Below the pieces are notes generated by a model that was given only the letters and a program-made list of their open reading frames with translations, made no database searches and was not told the origin of the DNA. A stretch of DNA of 64,000 nt, from the NCBI RefSeq assembly GCF_009914755.1, contig NC_060947.1; one strand, given 5' to 3'. The translations under genes and the position numbers were made by a program. This DNA comes from the human T2T-CHM13v2.0 reference genome, Homo sapiens. Below, piece by piece: positions 55,896-64,000 of this stretch (within the stretch, counting starts at the first letter, position 1; each line of letters begins with the position of its first letter).

Positions 55896-57180
55896 GGAGG
55901 GGAGCGGTGAGCTCCCACTCACCTGCCCATCCTGAAAAAGGAAGGAAAAAGCCATAGAAAGGCAGGCACAGTTTCCTCTACTCTCAGAAGTCCAAGGGAA
56001 TAGAGGCTTAGAAACAAAAGAGAAAAAGGTTTTTTGGTTTGCACCTCACTCAGCCTTTCTCGAGACCCACATTGCATTTCAAAATATTGAGAACTTTCTC
56101 TTAGTTCAGCTAAACTTGGGTCCTTTTCACAAGACCATGAAAGCTTAGGATCACAGGCACTTTGAAGGGTGAGAAGGCCAGGGTTTATTGGGTGAAAAGG
56201 AAAAAAATGGGAAACAGTGACTCTCAGCAAAATGAGAGTCCTGTTAGTTAGTAGACTTCCCACCTCACAGATTGAATCCCAGGTTACCATCCCAGATCAG
56301 GAAAGGCCAACCTCCTCCCTCCTGTAAATGGAGCAAACTTCTGTGGGTCCACCCCATTTTCCCAAAGCACAGGCCAGTCGGAGGTGATCCCTTTATACTT
56401 TGCTGTCTCCCTTGTATGGTAACTCTCTCCTTTACCTTTGTTGGCTCCTTTAACTTTTAAAACTAATTATCTTAAGTAAGGGAGTTAATTTCTTTCTGAA
56501 AACAGGCAAATGAAAAATTTTTGGATTTGCTTTTTTACTCTGCATGCCTGTAATATCTAAATGTTTATAAGTGTCATGTGGAAGTGATGTTTCATTACCA
56601 AACTGTATGAATGAGGTAATCAACTGACTTGAAAAAAAAGTAAGTGCTTATCACAGTGGTACAAGTGTGATAACTTGTACCAGATGACTTTTAATTCACA
56701 TGACTTTGGTAATCTTTGGTAAGGTTAATTCAGTAAATTTAATCTTAAAGATCTCTCCAATAATTTAAAATCTTAAAGTAATGTTATGTTAAGTAAACTT
56801 TTTTTTTCCACTGGGAATTTGGAGTACTAAGAGTTAAAATAGTAGGAGTGTAAAAGGTGTTTTTGGTGAAGTTTATGAAACACAAGGATATACATTTAAA
56901 AAACAATTTTTTTCTACTTAAGAAACTATTTAAGAAAGGCTTTAAAATGAATAAAAAGTTATACAGGTACAACGAAATGGATAAAAAGAATAATTAAGCC
57001 AGGGCAACAAAAGTTACTTCTGAGGCTTGTGGTTACCAAGAAGATACTCAATGTTAGGGGAGGGCAAAACCACATAACTACTAAAAACCAGAGAGTATAA
57101 TGTAAATCAATTGTTCCATTTGTAGATTTGTATTGTTAGCTTGTTTAGAAATTACTACTACAATGGATTTTAAAAATAAC

Positions 57181-57225
57181 AGGTTGGTGCAAAAGCAACT
57201 TCAGTATTTTGCCATTACTTTTAAT
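57181..57225. mobile_element. Half MADE1 (Hsmar1-derived MITE; single TIR)
   Basis: AGGTTGGTGCAAAAG.AA.T.C.GT.TTTTGCCATTACTTTTAAT matches one half of the MADE1 palindrome. Confidence 0.8.
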
Positions 57226-60200
57226 ACTTTAGAGACAAAATCCTTAATTTTAAATGCAACAGAATAAAAGAGCTTGTTTGGGTTGATGCAGGACTCACAG
57301 CTCACTATTGAACAATTACTGAATATATGTGATTCAAATATACAGGAGTTTATTCCTGAGAGAACAACTAGCCTAATGGACCAGAGAAACAACACTGTGA
57401 GGTCTGTTTGCCCTGAAAAGGGGACTGCCTGGCTCTTCCTATAAAATACTAAGTGGAGCACCCCAGATGAAGCAGTTGATATGTGTCATGTGTAAGCCAC
57501 ATGGGATTGGTTTTATAATGACCAGAATATTCTCTCACCGAATATGCCTATTACCCATATCATGAGAAATCTGGGGGCTATCGGGGCCCCTTTTACATGG
57601 GTGCCCCTCCTGCAGAATCATGTAATTGTTTGAGAAGCCTTATCAAATTTGCTGTCCCTCATGTGTCTCACAGATGCTTAAAACATTGGAAAAAGAAAAT
57701 GGGAGTCAAATAACTTGCCCCAGAAGGGTGATTGATATGTTTGGATTGTTACTATTTGCCCCAGACTGGAAAATTAAAAAAAAAAAATCACAAGGCAAAG
57801 GCTGTCATCAGGAAGCTGACATTGCATGGGGTAATGCTGGGGCAAATTAAAATCAAAATTGACTAAAGAACCTAAGTCCCTTGGTTCAACTCCCTGCTCC
57901 TTTTTCACCAGAAAATGTAAAATTGTCTGGGGGTAGAAAAGAAAAGGGCCTGGAACCAAAAAAAAAAAAAAAAAGCAAGTTAAAAGAATTATGAAATTTG
58001 AGATGTTTAAACAGACTTTATGTAAGATAGATGTGTCTTCTTTACCTAAATGTCTTTGAAAATGGGTATTGTTTCTGACTAGGGGATATTTTCCCTCTCT
58101 AGTACTATAAAACTGAAGGCATGTAAATCTGGCCTTTGAAAAATCTTAATTGGACACATTAACTGGGAACTATTAATAGGAAGACTCCCTGAGCCCACAG
58201 AATATAGGGTAGAAACTGGAGTGCTAGTCAGGACAAATCCTCTGCTTCATAGCCCTTTGTGGAGCATTTATCGGGGCTAATGGCAAAAGACTGTGAATAC
58301 TTCCCAATGATAACTACTGGACTAGCAAATTTTTACTTGAGGTTCATTTACTGTCTTGCTATGGAATATGAACTGAAGCTACCCCTATGCTAATGGAAAT
58401 AATAATGCCCAAAAGAGTTCCATGATAATGGTTTACATAGGATCTTGCTACCTGGAGATAAAAAGAGGAGATACTAAATAGTAGGGAGCCTCCTTTTTCC
58501 CTTAACATTGACTCTAACAGTGTAAGGAGCACTTGGTAAGTAGCTCTCATCTAACAGGAGCTGCTTAGCATGTGAGTGGCAGTTCCAGGGTTAAAAAATG
58601 TCTTATGTGGAAGACTGCTGCTCTGATTAAAGGTCAAGAGAATATTTTTCTTTTCAGTTATTTACGGTGAAGTATGTTTTTTGTGAGTAAATTGGCCTTT
58701 CTTTCTGAGTTCTGAAATTCAGATTGTGATTTTGTGATCATATAGTTATTTGCATAAGTTTAGTAACAGTCTTTTAAAACAGAACAATTGGAGACACTGG
58801 TTATTTCCCAATACTTTGACTCAAATAACATATATTTAGGTAAAGTTCCAGCAAAGCTGACTTAAAAGAAACCTACATAGCCAGTTGATTCATGCTGCAC
58901 GTTATGTGAATACCCCTACAGAGTACTAGGTTACAATTTTTCTTCATATTTTTCATTGGTACTGTAATGAAATATATTCCTTTTTCTGTTCTAACAAACA
59001 AATACTCTCAATTGTCAAAATAATAATGCTCTTTATGTCTCCTACTATTACTTCCAAGGAAACCAAAATCATGGTATTCTGAAAAGCCAAAATGAGAATC
59101 TCCCTCATTTGACATCCCACTGGGACCAATCTGCAAATTTCCTGCTGCTAAAACTATAAACTCCCTCCCTCTTGGCCCAGGAACTGTTGCAGAAGAGGTG
59201 GGTATGTGATATTGTAAAGGCCGGTTTTGAGGGACAGAATTATGTCAAGCTCAGCCACTTCAAATGAAGGATGGATACAATGATGCCTAAACAATTGGTA
59301 AAACAAAGGACTTTGCCTTCTACTCTATTATGTGTCGTCATTGCATCCACCCCAATCATAAAGAATTTTCTGCTTTTTATAGAATTAAAATATTTCCTGA
59401 CAGAATAAAGATACCTTGTGAAAAGGCCTCTAAGTTATGAGTTTTAAATACCATATATAGTTTTTTGGAATAATGTTTATGTTTTGTATAACTAGTTGCT
59501 ATAAGCCTGTAATTAAAAGTAAGCTTACAGTATCTCAACACACAGAAGTTAAAGATAAGTCAATTTTGTAACCATGCTTTTTACTTTCTGTTTGTTAGTT
59601 TTCCACTTAAAATAGTAATAATAATTTCAAGGGGTAATGAATGTTTATCTACTTCTATTCCTATCTGGCCTAGAACAATTAATTAGCTGTAAGTCTTGTT
59701 GACTAAGTCCCTTGGCCATAGGGAGTCCTACCAAGGAATAGGATGGACCCATGGGAAGCAGCCATGCCACCCCAGCAATGCTATGAGACAAAATAAAGAT
59801 TTGGTGGCCACTGATGTTGCCTCTGGCAAATCTTGGCCAGAAGGAGGGATGTAAACAAAAATAAAATTATAAGGTCCCCCAACATTCTGAATGGACTTCC
59901 TCATTGGCCAGGGAACTCTAAAATTTAACCTGAAAGACTGGTTCAGGCTATGATGGGAAGTGGCAGTTGGACATGACTCATCATACGCCTTCCAGCATTA
60001 ACATCAACACAGACTTTAAGTCTGATAAGTAACATTTATAATCTACTTTCTCTGAAATTTGAAGCCTTCATCTGCAGGATAAAACTTGGTCTTCACAACC
60101 TTTTTTCATAACCCACGCATCCCTTTCTATTGGTTAATAACTTTTTCAACCAATTGCCAATCAGAAAATTTTTAAATCTACCTATAAACTGGAAGCCCCT

Positions 60201-60731
60201 GTTTCAAGTTGCCACACTTTTCTGAACCAGAGCAATGTATATCTTAAATGTATTTGACTGAAATCTCCTGTCTCCCTAAAATGTATAAAACCAAGCTGTG
60301 CCCTGACCACCTTAGGCACATGTTCTCAGACTCTCCTGAAGGCTATGCCATGGGCCAAGGTCACTCATAGCTGGCTCAGAATAAATCTCTTCAAATATTT
60401 TACAGAGTTTAAATCTTTGTCGACAGTTGCATAAAAGTTACTTAGTTCCACCTAGGTCCTTCACCACAATATCCATTATGAAACAAAAGTCTTAAACTAT
60501 TGGGCAAAAAAGAACGCATAATTTTTTTTGTTAGAACACAGCTGAAGACTCATTGTAGCTTGTGGAAAGCAACAACAACAAAACTTCTCTACTTGTGGAG
60601 GAGAAACAGAGTTACACTCAGACCCTGACCATTAGAGGTCTTCTGTAGAATCACTACGGAGGCTCAAACCATGAGATTCAAGGACACAAGGCTGCCTAAT
60701 ACTGAGGCAGAATGACAATAGTAAGAATTCC

Positions 60732-60837
60732 GTACCTTTTATGCAACAATTACTCTTTCTTTCAAGCAGCTTTGCAACATGAAGGAAGCTTTCTCAGAAT
60801 TTTCAACTTGTTCCCAGTCCTTCAGTCAAACACTTGA
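60732..60837 (-). repeat. Inverted duplicate of the MER4 provirus pre-integration site (partners 45952-46046 and 60426-60441)
   Basis: The reverse complement aligns continuously across both proviral flanks. Confidence 0.88.
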
Positions 60838-61049
60838 TGTCATTTTGGTTCACACTTCAAGGCTAACAGTATTACGTAAAAAAAAAAAAAAAAAAAAAAA
60901 AAAATTCCAACAATTTGCTGCTTTGGAAGGTTTGGGGAATCTACTGCATGGGAAGAGAGGCATTCTCTGAGGTGTAGTTGCAAAGGAAATACTTGTAACT
61001 ATGGGGAGAACAGACATTGAATAATATCCTCTGGAAAACATACATATTC

Positions 61050-61182
61050 TTTTTTTTTTTTTTTAATGAGACAGAGTTTCGCTCTTGTTGCCCAGGCTGG
61101 AGTGCAATGGCGAGATCTTGGCTCACCGCAACCTCTGCCTCCCACTTCAAGCAATTCTCCTGCCTCAACCTCCTGAGTAGCT
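61050..61182 (-). mobile_element. 5'-truncated Alu (part of the right arm only)
   Basis: Poly-T plus GAGACAGAGTTTCGCTCTTGTTGCCCAGG..., ending abruptly at CCTGAGTAGCT. Confidence 0.9.
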
Positions 61183-61525
61183 TAACCTAAAACAAATAAA
61201 CATTAGAGGAATTTAAAGCTTCTGATGCAGTGACAGTAAACATATCAGTAACCAAAACCAAAAACCCAGAGCTCAATTCTTAAGTAGATGGACTCAAACC
61301 CAGGAAGGCTTAGTTGAAGACAAAAAGTGTCCATTTTACATAAATATTGTTTACTGCAGCTTCTATTATCCTAAATAAGATACACAGATTTTAACAAAAA
61401 TTGTAAGACTTTAAATAAAGCAAAGAACACACTTTTGTCAGAATCAATGAAGAGACAAAGGCTCAGGTACAACATAAATAAGAAGTAATCAGAAACAACA
61501 TTTTAAATAAGTATTACTAAGAAAT

Positions 61526-61632
61526 TGTAGAGACAAAGAAATAATTTCACATTTTACCTCTGAAAGTTTGTTGAATATCAGCTGATGAAAGTTAAATAAA
61601 TGTCATACAAATTTATTAATATGCAGGGAGGG
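61526..61632 (-). mobile_element. MER39-like LTR terminal fragment
   Basis: CCTCTGAAAGTTTGTTGAA..TCAGCTGA...CATACAAATTTATTAA resembles the reverse complement of 34160-34268. Confidence 0.6.
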
Positions 61633-63605
<1,973 letters not shown>

Positions 63606-63615
63606 GAACATTTTC

Positions 63616-64000
63616 TCCCACGGAATGGGAGAAAATATTTTCAAACTACCCAGCTGACAAGGGATTTATAACCAGAATAGATAAGGAGCTCAAACAACTC
63701 TATAGAAAAAAAATCTAATAATTAAAAATGAGCAAAATATTTGAATAGACATTTCTCTAAAGAAGACATACAAATGACAAACAGGCATATAAAAGGCACT
63801 CAACATCATTGATCATCAGAGAAATGCAAATGAAAACTGCCATGAGATATCATGTCATCTCAGTTAAAATGGCTTATATCCAAAAGACAAGCAATAACAA
63901 ATGCTTGTGAGGTCATGGAGCAAAAGGAACCCTTATACACTGCTGTTGGAAATGTAAATTAGTACAATCAATATGAAGAACAGTTTGGAGATCACTCATA
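63616..64000 (+). mobile_element. L1 (L1MA/L1PB-like) ORF2 3' region, runs off the window
   Basis: GAATGGGAGAAAATATTT...AAGGAGCTCAAACAACTC...CATCAGAGAAATGCAAAT.AAAAC...AGTTTGGAG. Confidence 0.9.

Larger units (their letters stand above)
50518..56410 (-). mobile_element. Second ERV1-group provirus (short LTRs of about 330 bp, MER61/MER83-like), antisense inside the MER4 provirus; 5' LTR 56085-56410, 3' LTR 50518-50853
   Basis: The LTR pair shares CTTAGTTCAGCTAAA...CACTTTGAAGGGT.AGAA..CAGGGT.TATTGGGTGAAAAG...CTTTATACTT.GCTGTCTC. TSD CTTG at 50514-50517 and 56411-56414; PPT-like tract next to 50853 and degenerate PBS at about 56060-56084. Confidence 0.87.
46047..60425 (+). mobile_element. MER4-type non-autonomous provirus with two LTRs (46047-46628 and 59850-60425) and nested insertions
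   Basis: Paired LTRs of about 580 bp (TGTAAA.CAAAAATAAAATT.TAAGGTCCCC...CAGAATAAATCTCTTCAAATATTTTACAGAG). Lys-type PBS TGGCACCCAAACATGTGGGG at about 46636; PPT AGAAGGAGGGA before 59850; TSD GTAG/GTTG. Confidence 0.92.

Noticed and set aside
57230-58560. Possible gag/pol-like coding remnant in the MER4 internal region
   Set aside because: Only short broken frames; I could not identify RT, protease or integrase motifs.

Overview
This is AT-rich, CpG-depleted primate (human-like) genomic DNA, mostly interspersed repeats, with no intact protein-coding gene that I can support. The only gene-derived feature is a disabled processed pseudogene of STAU2 (Staufen 2) on the minus strand at about 4961-8229. 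It sits inside an old L1 and is flanked by a 12-bp target-site duplication (TSD). It records a short-C-terminus isoform that reads through a splice donor, and it keeps a CpG-dense 5' end. The rest is layered transposon history: a near full-length L1 with TSDs, two large non-coding ERV1-group proviruses with elements nested inside them, MaLR/MLT2 LTRs, Alus, a FAM, and Tigger4, MER58 and MADE1 fragments. Three local duplications are not explained by repeat annotation: an inverted 'empty-site' copy of a provirus integration site, an ectopic copy that preserves sequence deleted from an LTR, and an ERV-fragment/FAM chimera between direct repeats. I found no convincing novel multi-gene system. Repeat subfamily names come from recall of consensus sequences and need RepeatMasker/Dfam confirmation. 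Identities and counts are by-eye estimates.
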